From Eledone cirrhosa (lineage: Eukaryota): 64,000 nucleotides of DNA. The position numbers and the translations under genes are program-made. Below the pieces are notes generated by a model. That model saw only the letters and a program-made list of their open reading frames with translations. It had not been told where the DNA came from and did not search any database. This document shows positions 14,270 through 26,912 of this stretch, piece after piece (position 1 is the stretch's first letter; every line of letters begins with the position of its first letter). Location of the stretch: the NCBI GenBank assembly GCA_964016885.1, contig OZ024742.1, positions 305,846,001 through 305,910,000 of the forward strand, read 5' to 3'.

Positions 14270-14600
14270 TAATGTTCAAGGAATTCGCTTCACAAACGTT
14301 AGGTGGTTCTGCGCTTGATCTTACTGCATGGCATCGTGAGCAAGTGACATATCCCATAGCCTCATGAAGACCTATGCGTTGTGAGTGAATTTGGGTAGAC
14401 GGAAACACTTTGGAACCCATTCGGATGGATTGCATCTGTAATTCAAAAGATCTGCCTTGGCTATGTCAGGATGAAACCCCTATGAAATATATTTAGAGTA
14501 CACGTGTATGTAAAATGTTCAGTCATTTTACTTTCGTTACATGAGGGTTGTGTTTATCGAAAAAACTGGAACACTCAACGTCCAAATCGATGGAGGTTTC
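14270..14600 (+). mobile_element. tRNA-derived SINE family B (second copy near 24380-24700)
   Basis: Shared caagtg...ccYatgcSttgtgagtgaatt...cggaaa block; the 24.4-kb copy has a GGTTCGATCCC B box. Confidence 0.6.
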
Positions 14601-15037
14601 ATTCCAATAAATAACAGCGTTAATATGATATAACAAGAATGACACTTTAACAACCTCTGTTTTATGATATATAATAAAGGCGTTTTCCACTCAAACTGTG
14701 GGCAAACGCCTTCATTATACATTTCCGATCATCAAACAGAAAAAAGATCCCAAAGAATACATGAACATAATCAACAACAGTACATTTTCGAATTAGACCT
14801 GAGATTGTTAAAACTTCCTTTGTCATATGCTTATTGTGGTTGATGTATTTCACCATTCAGCCCGTATTCAAATACAAAAAAGCAGAGAAGGCATAGAAAA
14901 GTACTACATTAAAGTGACCATTACTGTTGATGGAGTCGTAGGTTACTAGAGTGACACATGACGTGCTTTTAGCATTTTAAAGCTGGTGGAACTCATCCCC
15001 TCTCCAGGTCTTCACACAACTAATTTCCTCCACCGAG

Positions 15038-15182
<145 letters not shown>

Positions 15183-15719
15183 GAGCTAGAGAGCGATCGA
15201 ATGAGAGAGAGAGAGCTAGAGAGCGATCGAATGAGAGAGAGAGGTAGAAAGTAAGAGAGAAAAAGAAAGAATAAGGAAGTAAGACGAAATGAGAAAGCGT
15301 TATAGAGGAATCATCGACCGCAATAACGGTCTCGTTTGTTTTTATCAATCTCGAAATGTTAAAATGCACACTTGACCTCGGCCGGATTTAAACGCAGAGA
15401 CCCAGAAAGAATAAGACAAATCACTCCATATTACGGTGTCATGATTCTGCCATATAGCCGCCTTTAATAGGTCCAGAGGCACAGAAAAACACATTTTTAT
15501 TGATAATCCTTTCAAAATAATACTTCATAAAGGAAATGTACATTAAAATATATTCCCAGTAAAGTAAAATATATTGACATTAGGGTTAAACATAGGTTTA
15601 AATAGCAAAATATTCATGTAAGTAATATAATATAACTCATAATAATTTTCTTTTTCACACGTTAAACACAGATACTAAATCATTATCATCAGAAACTCTG
15701 TCATGAAGTCAAAGAGCAT

Positions 15720-15920
15720 ATCTATTTCAAAGAGCATATCTATATCACTTTTTACAATAACGGTACTCTCGCGTTATCATCAGCATTGCCTTTGTCTTCA
15801 TAGCTACTAAAGTACAAGATTCCTTCTGTGATGAATTGGTGTCCCGTCCAGGCTGGACAAAGTCCTCATGAAAATCTGGATAATCTCTGGATTTCGTCCA
15901 ACTCGTGAATGCACCTCCCC

Positions 15921-15968
<48 letters not shown>

Positions 15969-16950
15969 CTACTAAAGTAGAGAAACCTGATTCACAGAGA
16001 TATGTGGTGGAACATGCATATCTGAGGCTCACTGTGAATGTATGTGTAAATCCATCTAGATCTCAATACCATCTCTCACGAATTATTCTTTAAAGAGAAC
16101 AGATGATTGAAGATCAAGCAGTTTCTCTCCTGTTTCTCGCCAGCTTTTATCTCTGAGAGATCAGAGTTAAAATGTTTCAATATCGATCTTTCTGTAATTA
16201 TTAAATCTTCTGCAACATTGTCAGTGAAGTAATTCTTTAAGATATCCAAATGTGTTATGATGTCTTAATTTATTTTAGCTAATGCACTAGTCTCTTCTGA
16301 ACCGTTCTAATTCAAGTTTGGAAATTTGCACTTTTTAATGACGTCTTCGTGTTCATGTATGCAACTTTATCTGCAATGCTTTTATCGTTTCAATTGCTTC
16401 AACTATGATTACTAATTTCCCCAGTAGTTGAAGATATACTGTTCTATGAAGAGACAATGAATTTTGGATCTGAAAAATGCTCCTTCAGCAGCAGATCTCT
16501 GTCAGAACAAAAAAGCTCTATCTCAGTACGGCGAGTAGACATAATTCCAAGAGAGAACTATATTCAATGCTTAAAAATCATCGCACCATAAAAAGTTTGA
16601 GCCTGCTGTGATTCAATGATCGAACAAGAATAAAGTTAATAGTCACATCAATATTCTGAATATCAATTTTCAGATTTCCTGGATGAGTTTTCGCCGCTAA
16701 TGCTTATAAGAATAGGCTTTGTTATTTTATATATAAGTAGAGTGAAGGCTGCCCGAACTTCCCTCTTCATTTGAACTCCAACAGTATAACTTGAGTTTCC
16801 TTGTTTATTTCAAATAAAAAGTCGTCTATGTTACTCATTTTATCAACGCATTGACTTGTTTATTGCAGAGCTTCCCTCAAAATAAATTCATCGTTTATAC
16901 GACAATATTTGGGACGAGTTCTGGCAGTACCTAAATCTGATGCCAATTGG
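15720..16950 (-). mobile_element. Decayed hAT (Buster/Charlie-like) transposase
   Basis: hAT dimerisation motif STTYLCESGFSTLVA|MKTK, split by an insertion; the upstream region is heavily decayed. Confidence 0.65.
15803..15979 (+). mobile_element. Short retroposon with (CT)n tail and 12-bp target-site duplication, inserted in the hAT relic
   Basis: gctactaaagta at both 15803-15814 and 15968-15979; internal ctgtgatgaattggtgtcccgtccagg resembles a V-SINE domain. Confidence 0.75.
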
Positions 16951-18021
16951 GTAGGATGGCTTTATTAAGGGTTTCATTGCGCAAACAAAGAGCGGTTTGT
17001 GTGTCATCTAAAACTCCCGGTGTTTTATATATGTAAGCAATTAATGACACAATCGTTATTTGCTTTGTTTGTATCAATAAATTTAAGAATATATTAAAAT
17101 CGTCTACAATTAGAAGGGTAGGCCAAGATAAAGAATGGAAAAATTAAGCCAGGAAAATGAAAGAAATATAAAGGTTCTAAATAAGATGTAGAAACTGTGA
17201 GACTGTGTCACATTATATTATGTCTTCTCCCTCTTACATCAGAACGAATAGAGTTTTATTGATTTTGTCTGAAGATGATAAAAAATCTTCAAAATATAAT
17301 GACTCAAAAAACACTAAAACAAACTCTTGCTATCAGCATCAGCATTATCACTATACTAAAGAGCGACAATGTGTGAAAAAGAGAATGGTGTATGAAAACA
17401 TTACATAATCTTTGTAGTATTGCAAACAAAATACACAGCTCAGAAGAAAATATGTTTATAAATAGATTCACTCTGATTTATTTTGGGACTATAGATTTAT
17501 AATGTAATGGCTAATACTCACACGCACACACAATGCGAAATCAGAATTTCTACCTCTTTCCGATTTGGCAAATACAAATATGATATAGACTAAATCAGAG
17601 TATATATAGATAGCATCACAAGTTGTTATGTTGCCAATATATATCTTCCAACACTACGTAATATATGTACGAATCCTGTATAGAGATAGATGTATAATTT
17701 TCAATATAATATCTTTTGATACACTTCGTAGTGTATGTAACGGCGCCTACTATTTATTTAGAATATATAATATAACTATTCGAGATGATTTTTCGTCCGT
17801 CTGTCACACAAACAATATGATGTGAAAGAATGGCTCTGAAGCATTTATTTAGATATCACTGTATATAATTAGACACTAGCAGAATGGTCCAGTGATGCTT
17901 GGGATTTGCTCTAGAGTTCTTATATATTTGATATATATTTATCCTTATCGAACCTCGTGAAATAAATACGTTTGTTTATATTTTGTTATTGTGTATGTAA
18001 AAATATGTGTACACGAATATA

Positions 18022-18067
<46 letters not shown>

Positions 18068-18179
18068 TAACAGTTTAAAGTTTAAGCAAAGAATCGCTAC
18101 TTTCACCCTTAACCGGATCTTCTGAAACTAAAAAAATCAATCTGTGAACGCAGAAGTAAATATTTCGAAACATGTTACA

Positions 18180-18239
<60 letters not shown>

Positions 18240-18666
18240 TATATATATATATATATATATATACAGACACTATATATACATATATACACATACACACATA
18301 TAGCGTCATAATGTCGTAATGCAGACAACCAGACATACGCACAGATATTATAAGGGTGCAACGTTATATCTATGTATCTATCTAAAAAGAAAGACTAAGA
18401 ATTATAGAGAGAGAGATCGGTATATCCCGTAATGCGGTCACTAGAGCATTGAAAATTTGAAATTTTTTTTTGCTCAAAACACTCACAGTATCACAATCGG
18501 TTGGGTGGTTCTCGAGTTTTAGGGAGTCAGACAGACAGACAGACATTCTCTGTTTTAGATATATAGATGGAACAAACAAAGGATGTGGTGAAAATATTCT
18601 AAAGGGCCTAGAATGTTTCAATCCTGCCAGAAGGTTGCAATCACTGCTAACGTCTACTTTTCTATA

Positions 18667-18760
<94 letters not shown>

Positions 18761-18861
18761 TCTGTCCCTCTCTCTCTCTCTCTGTCCCTATCTTTCTCTC
18801 TCTCTCTCTCTCTCCCTCTCTCTCTCTATCTCTTTCTCTCTCTCTATCTATCTATCTCTCC

Positions 18862-18892
<31 letters not shown>

Positions 18893-18899
<7 letters not shown>

Positions 18900-19085
18900 C
18901 AAACAGCACGGACACTCTATCTCAAAATTATTTTTGAAAAGCATTTAGAAATGCGCAACCGGTAAAAACTTAAAAACTTTAAACCACAACTGAATACTAA
19001 CCCATACAATCACTAATACTCTTTTATTCCTAATTAAACCATTTTTCAACTGTGAACAATTTGTCAGCATTTTCTATTCCGTTTA

Positions 19086-19090
<5 letters not shown>
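18893..19090 (+). mobile_element. PLE 3'-end fragment in (TA)n with variant HHR; near-identical inverted copy at 51672-51869
   Basis: Direct sequence identity between the copies; TTGAAAA-GCATTT ag AAATGC-GCAAC CG GTA at 18934-18964. Confidence 0.75.
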
Positions 19091-19132
<42 letters not shown>

Positions 19133-19135
<3 letters not shown>

Positions 19136-19251
19136 TTATGTAATAAACAACATAATATAATTATTTACCAATGGTTTCTTGAAGACAGACGAGCTTGACA
19201 CTTATGAAACCATTGGTAAATAATTATCTTATGTTGTTTATTACATAACTA
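19133..19251. repeat. Inverted repeat (46-bp arms) with HHR-like motifs at the apex
   Basis: Arms 19133-19178 and 19206-19251; TTGAAGA...GAAAC CATTG GTA. Confidence 0.85.
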
Positions 19252-19694
19252 GAAAGCTCAGTAGCCGACATAGAACACTCTCTTTTCCTTTACCTTTCCT
19301 ACGGAAATACTTCATATATATATATATAATATACATAGTTCAAGAATATAAAAGGATAACAATATATAACCGCCTATTGAACGTTCAATACGTGGTTCTT
19401 AACCCGACGTTTTACTATACATATAGTATTCAGTTGTTTACAGCTACCTCTAGTGCTGAGATTGCTACAATTTTATAAAAATTCATATACACTTACCGTT
19501 TCAAACCTTTTCAATCAGTGTTTACATATAAATATATATATATATATATATAGTAATAATAATAAATTTGAAGACTAAAATCCAAAGAGGGCTCGATAAG
19601 GATAAATATATATAAAATATATAAGAACCGTAGAGCAAATATTTATTAAAATAACAGATTAAAGTTTTTGCTTAAACTTTAATCTGTTATTTTA

Positions 19695-19742
<48 letters not shown>

Positions 19743-19842
19743 GTAGGTCCCGGGTTGAGTCGGGGAAAACCACAGTAAGTAAGGTACTCAATACATGGCA
19801 GAGTAAATTTTTTTTATTTTATAGAAGGAGCTTCTACGTACT

Positions 19843-19895
19843 GAGCTTCCTGAAGATTTCATCTGAATGAAACAGTACTAGTCCTGTAGAATCTC
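19843..19895 (+). ncRNA. Type I hammerhead ribozyme
   Basis: gagcttc-CTGAAGA-tttc atct gaat-GAAAC AG tactagtc CT GTA-gaatctc; stems I-III present. Homologous to 50889-50939. Confidence 0.75.
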
Positions 19896-19905
19896 CTTCT
19901 ATAAA

Positions 19906-19953
<48 letters not shown>

Positions 19954-19955
<2 letters not shown>

Positions 19956-20138
19956 CGAAGGAAATGTGGTAAGGAACCAGGTGGACCATAACGCACCAAA
20001 GTACTCAATACTTAGGGTAGTAGAGTGGGTAATAGGAACGAGTAGGACCCCGACGGCTGAGCTCAAGCCGTTTCGACGGCTAATTCTGAATTAGCCGTCG
20101 AAACGGCTTGAGCTCAGCCGTCGGAGTCCTACTTCGTT

Positions 20139-20143
<5 letters not shown>
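19954..20143 (-). mobile_element. Short PLE-type element with a terminal palindrome (20032-20143) containing an HHR 3' half; second copy at 54511-54662
   Basis: GAAAC GGC ttgagctca GCC GTC motif; palindrome centred at 20087; (TA)n on both sides. Confidence 0.8.
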
Positions 20144-20175
<32 letters not shown>

Positions 20176-20269
20176 GGTAAGGTCGCTTGCATGCGTCCGT
20201 AGGCGGTATGCCGGTTGAGCACTCTACTATTTGTAATACGATGCATCACTGATTCTTCGTTTTCCATAT

Positions 20270-20302
<33 letters not shown>

Positions 20303-20538
20303 ATATATAATATATAAGAACATAGATTACTAACAAACTACCCAGTTACTTGGAAATTACATGTCATATTGGTTGGTGTCAAATTAACGCTACATTTGAT
20401 GCAGTAGGAAGAGTGTCTTAGCATTTTGGATTTTATTCCTTCATTGAAATATAGAATGAACGATAAAAAGAGAACGAGTGTAAGAAAAGGAGAAAATGGG
20501 GAAAAATGATATACATACAGATACACACGCACACACTC

Positions 20539-20569
<31 letters not shown>

Positions 20570-21069
20570 AAGAGGGGCGGAATAGATAGATATGATGGCT
20601 CTCCCTCTCCCCAAACCAACTTATAATTTATTTTTTAACTGGAGCTATTGATATATTGGTAGATATTTGGCCAAAGTGACGCGCATTTGGACAAAACTCA
20701 TATCCCAGTTGATGCAAAGAAAACGTCGTAAAAATACAGCCATATTTATGTCCGATAAATGGAGTTGTTTGACGTTACTGGGAAAACGAAAAAAAGAAAT
20801 CGGAATTTCTTGACATTCCGAAATATATTAAGAAAGTTAAAATAAATTCCATCTGACAATCGAAGTTAGAATAATTTTGAACATTCACCACAACCGCCTC
20901 CGCCATATCATCATTATTTTATCATCAACATCACCGTCGATACCAAAGACATCGTCATCATACTCCCCATGTCTCGTCCTTCCAATCATCAAAGACTAAC
21001 ACTGTTACCAGCCTGATAAACAATAACAAAACACCCACCCAAAGAACCTAATCAATGAAACAACAAGTA

Positions 21070-21245
21070 CGAGGGCAATCCCAAAAGTAAGGTCTCCTTG
21101 CGATATTGCAACTTTTCCGTTAAAATCCTGTGGATCGTGCTTCGGGAAACCTCAGGAACCAAAATGCAGAGAGCATCCAGAGTGATCTGCCGATCTTTAC
21201 GCATGTTTTCCTCGGAAGGAGACCTTACTTTTGGGATTGCCCTCG
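21070..21245. mobile_element. Tc1/mariner-type MITE with perfect 28-bp TIRs and TA TSD
   Basis: TA|cgagggcaatcccaaaagtaaggtctcc ... ggagaccttacttttgggattgccctcg|TA; an extra right TIR lies at 21436-21463. Confidence 0.85.
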
Positions 21246-22469
21246 TATATAATAACTGCGCGAAATTCGCACATGACGGTAGCGTTCAATGGGAGCTCCA
21301 TTCTCAACGGCTGCCAAGCCAAGATTGAGCATCTCAGCGAAGCGTGCGCGTGCTTGTTTGGGAGTGAAGGAAGCACCAATCACAACAGTGTTGCCAACAG
21401 CTGTACGAACAGTTTCTCTGCGTCCCCATCGCTTTGGAGACCTTACTTTTTGGATTACCCTCATATAAGGGCGATGACAACGATGACTACAATGACAATG
21501 AGGTCAATGACGAACGTGTTAATGACGACCACGATGAAGACAATGACCTGGCATTATCAGAACTTGTTTATACCAGTTAATAACGATAGTATTCAGGAGA
21601 CAAACGAATACTCAGCAGCATTATCAGTATTTTTCTTTAAAATATCTAACATTCTAGGATCTATGGCTTATTCTATCTTACCCTCATCTATTTGCCCAAG
21701 AAAAAACGGATGGTAACAACAACATAAAAAAACAAACACGACGGTGACAACAGCAAAGACAACGTAAATAGCAATAACATCAACAACAACCATGATGACA
21801 ATAACGACTGCACAACAGCAAAACATCATAACCACCATGACGACAACGACAACGGCAACAACAAAACTGTATCATATCAATAGCATCAACGAAAGAAAAA
21901 AGGAATAGAAGTATATATGTACATAATATTTGCTAAGATTTATATAAAAATAAACACCAACACAAACTAAAGGAAAAACAAATCAAGAAAGACATACAAT
22001 TACGAATAAAACCATCTATCACCCTCTTCCTACATATCAGACGCGTTGTAGAAAAATGTCTAAATCTGATGAACAATATTCGAGTTCAATGCTGGAAATG
22101 TGTTCAGATGTCGATTTTTTTACGATTGTGTTACGTAAAACGTTTGTTGACGCCCTTAGCATTGACGCTAACACCGATTCCTTTTAGAGATGCTTCAATT
22201 TACAAGAATTATCAGTAAATTTGCAAAGATATCTTCCACATACTCACATACTGGTCCATACATATATAAACACAGTAACATTCACGCACATACATTCGCA
22301 GAAGCCTGCGAGTTATCCACAAGCAGAAAGACGCTTTTACACATGTATTTACACAAAAGAGATACGCACACACACACACACTTACAGATAAATAGGTAGA
22401 TAGACAGATAAATAGATGGATAGATACATACAAACATTACAGAAACAATTAAATGCATACATATATATG

Positions 22470-22527
<58 letters not shown>

Positions 22528-22761
22528 AAATATACATATATATACACACGTACACACACATACACCCGTACGCGTACGCACACACCAACAAACAAACAAA
22601 CGCACACACACACACACAGATACACAAGCTTAATACCTATTGGCTATTTGCATTTCTTTTGCAAGGGAGAGAACCTGACGTTAATAAATGTGACACCTTA
22701 TGTTGCACTAATATTTAATCAAATTCTTTTATGTTTAATGTTTAACTACTACTACTACTAT

Positions 22762-22876
<115 letters not shown>

Positions 22877-22987
22877 GATGATGATGACGACGACGGCGCT
22901 GATGCTGATACAGCAGCAGCCTACTGAAAATAGCTCTACTAGACTCTACACATATTTCAAAATCTACTCTCAATACAATAGAAATAA

Positions 22988-23522
22988 TTGTTTCTACTTT
23001 TGGCACAAGGCCAGCAAATATCCAGTACATTACTGGTACTTTATTTTATCGACTTCGTAAGGATGAAAGGCAAAGTTAACCTCGGCGGGATTTAAACTCA
23101 GATCGTAAAGGGACGTAACTATGATGGAAAGCATGTCTGACCCTCTACCGATACTGCCAATTCACCAATGGTTTCCAATTTAGGGATACGATAAACAATT
23201 CGGGGTTGGGGAAAGTCGAATAAATCGACCCCAGTGTGTTACCAGCGCTTTATTTTACCGAACCCGTAAGGATGAAATACAAAGCTAACCTCGGCGGAGT
23301 TTGAACTCCGAAGGTAAAAGGACCTAACGCTATTCTGCAAAGCATGTTGTACGACGCTCTACCGATATTGACAATAATTGTTTCTACTTTAAAGCACAAG
23401 ACCAGCAATTTGAAGTGGAGGGGTAAGTCGATTAAATCGACCCCAAGGCATTACTAGTGCTTTATTTTATCGCCCCCGTAAGGATGAAAGGCAAAGCTAA
23501 CCTCGGCCGGATTTGAACTCAG
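22988..23522 (-). mobile_element. Three head-to-tail SINE family A copies
   Basis: Units at about 22988-23167, 23170-23372 and 23378-23522, each with cgtaaggatgaaa..caaagYtaacctcggc. Confidence 0.85.
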
Positions 23523-24965
23523 CTTATGCGACAGAAATAGTGAAACAATGGATCACCTTACCTCAGTCTTTACACATTAGCACCGTCTGATTACAAAAAG
23601 AAAAAAAACAGACATGACAGAGTTTTTGTTCTAGATACACTAACCATGAACATGGTAGCAACAACAATAAAAATAACTCATCACCCATGTCATGCTTAAG
23701 TAGCACACAGTTCCGTAGATGATAAAGTTATAAGAACTGGGCCCATCCGAATTATATGGAAACTCCTTACCTCCAATGATCTTGTCTAACACTGACACCA
23801 AAGAGGACTAGACTTGAATACAGTAGCTACAACAAGAATATTAACCACCTCTTATATGGACAATCTCAAGAGGCACGCTACTGAAACACAACTAGAAACA
23901 TTAACACCGATAGTACAGAGATTTACAAGATACCACAAGATATTATATCCGACTCTGTCAACTCATTGCCTTGCTAAAACTATGATTAATTCAATGTTAG
24001 TTTAGTTGATGGCGATGAGGGGGTCACGGGACAAACGACTGGAGGCATCGTGGATGTTCTGAAAAATATCGATTAACATCGATGAAATCACTACGAAGTA
24101 AACGGAAAATATAAAGAAAATGCTGAATGATATCTGTGTAAATAATGCATTAACTTATTAATGAAAGGTTACTGCTTTCTCCCTCATCTAAGCAATGTAT
24201 TAAAACCTTTTGCACTAATGGTCGATTAGCTTGGACGTGTAAATATATTAAAGATTTAATACTGCATCATCTTTCCCAGCACTGACTATCAACAAACTAC
24301 AGAAAATAAAATCGTATCTTTCAGACAAATGTTAAAACAGGAACAAGAATTTTGAATTTAATTCATACAAAATACGACCAAGGGTGTGTAAACCTGTTTC
24401 ACAATCATTAAGTCGCATGTGGTTCGATCCCACTGCAAGGCGTCTTTGCCAAGTGTCATTTACAATATCCTTCGATAGACCCATGCCTTGTGAGTGAAAT
24501 TTTCCTACCGGAAAATGTGTGAAAGACTGCCTGATTGACTGTACATGCAATTCAGAGAGACAGACATGTCACATACGGTATCTCGCTGAAACTTCCAAAG
24601 GCTTACGTTATCTTCATGAGCAGGCACATCCGTTGATCGAAGAAATTGAACACAGATCATTGAAGCCGACTGAGGTACATTCTAAACTATTGTATTGCTA
24701 GAAATATATATTGGATGAAGTGAAAATACTATAAACATATGATTGAATTCTTAATTTGCCACAAATAAAGCAGAGAAGACATGCATAGGCACAGGAGAAA
24801 TACATGTCTACACTACAGCTGTATATTACGCCAGACTCATTCCCTCATAAAAAGCTTACAAATCACATACACATAAAATCTGGAAAGACAATATCCCTCT
24901 ACGAAAGTAAATTTGAATACCAAAATGCTAGCAAATATAAGAAAATATATTCTCTAAACTATATG

Positions 24966-25192
24966 CTCTATAAACTATCCCAGAAAAATTCTCTATAAAC
25001 TATCCCAGAAAAATTTTCTATAAATAATCCCAGAAAAATTCTCTATAAACTATCTCAGAAAAATTCTCTATAAACTATCCCAGAAAAATTCTTTATAAAC
25101 TATCCCAGAAAAATTCTCTATAAATTATTCCAGAAAAATTCTTTATAAACAAACTATCCCAGAAAAATTTTCTATAAACTATCCCAGAAAAA
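24966..25192. repeat. Minisatellite, 25-bp unit, about 9 copies
   Basis: ctctataaactatcccagaaaaatt repeated. Confidence 0.95.
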
Positions 25193-25869
25193 TAAATAGG
25201 GCACTTAATAAAAACATTAATATCAATTCAATATGCAATCAAGACAATTACAGCATAGATAATTTAAAAAAAAAAAAATAAAAACAAAACGAAACTTTCA
25301 TCATGTGAATAAATAAATAACAAAACATAATAAAATCAAACTTTATTATACCTACAGAATACTGATCAATACGACACAGCAACACAAAAGAACATATGAA
25401 TAATAGGGAGTATGAAGTGAACGGAAAGTCGAATACATTGCCCAGTATTTAACTTGTACTTTATTTTATTGACCCTAAAATAAACGAAGGCAAAATTGAC
25501 ATAGAAAATGTGTACCAAAGATTGTAATATACAACGCTCTACCGATTCCACTAAGCCATATATATACTGATTATAAATCAAGCGTTGTAGGAACGGGGGA
25601 ACTTCGAAGTTGTTGCTCAATCTGCTAGAAATAGCAGCCAAATATACATCGGAACAGTCCGTCGTCTATAAAAAGATAAATACATAATGGTTAATGCAAT
25701 TTTAGAAACACCATACCAGAAAAAAATATAAAATATAAATATAATGATTGTCAGGACTTCTTTGATCATAAATCTGCTAGATCTAACTGATGGTATGGAG
25801 AGGAGAGACTAAACAACAGCCACAGCAACATTAATATTAATAATTCAGCTCTATTACTACTACTACAAT

Positions 25870-25911
<42 letters not shown>

Positions 25912-25990
25912 CACCAGCACTTCTACTACTACTATTATTACTAGTACTACTACCACCACCACCACCACCACCACCACCACCACCACCACC

Positions 25991-26061
<71 letters not shown>

Positions 26062-26264
26062 CAACGGTGTGGCGTGTATCCTTGTGGTAGCCTCTGCTGA
26101 CGTTATCTCCCACTTCGTCCAGTTCTATGATTCGTTAACATACCTGCCAGGCATGTCAGAAGTGACATCTAAGTTAGAAGACCAACACACTTAGAGAAAT
26201 TCAGCTTTCATCATTTTATTTATTTATTTATCTTTTATTTATTTATTTGTTCTCTCATTGATGG

Positions 26265-26295
<31 letters not shown>

Positions 26296-26771
26296 CTTCT
26301 TCTTCTTCTTCTTCTTCTTCTTCTCCCTCCTCTTCTTTCTTTAAAACCAAAGCACGCCGCTCTGGACAGGATGCCAATCAATGTCTACAGTCATGGCGAC
26401 AGAAGTGGCAAGCTTTCACGAAAACTTGCTTAGCTTCAAGCACCTCCGACCTCTTTCTTTTCTTTCATCCCTCTTTCCTTCTTTTTTTCTTTCTTCCTCT
26501 CTCGCGTCCTCTGCTTCCACATTACATACTGAAACGCAATTTAGTCTCTCTCTCATTACAATCCTAAATCTCTTTATTTCTCTGTCATTTTACATTGTGC
26601 TTTTCTTACTTTTTCTCCATCATTCAACTATTGATCGCACTCCCAGTCTTGTTTCTGCCTCTTTTCCATTTCCATGGTGTCCATTTCCGCGTGTTTCTCT
26701 CTGTGCATCGAAGTTTCTATTTCCTCTCACCTTGTCATATATTATTCCATCAATAACCTTATGGGTTATAC

Positions 26772-26912
26772 AAGGCGGTGATTTGGCAGAGTCGTTAGGG
26801 TGTTTTCGGTATGTTTCGGCTGCCTATGTTCTGGGTTCAAATCTCACAAGGGTCAAAATTGCCATTCATCCTTTCGGGGTCGATAAATAAAGAACCAGTC
26901 TTGTATTGGGGA
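26772..26912 (+). mobile_element. SINE family A, sense orientation
   Basis: A box TGGCAGAGTCG, B box GGTTCAAATC, then gccattcatcctttcggggtcgataaa. Confidence 0.8.

Noticed and set aside
24966-25192. Possible CRISPR-like array (also 48475-48800)
   Set aside because: Units are directly tandem with no unique spacers, in a eukaryotic context.
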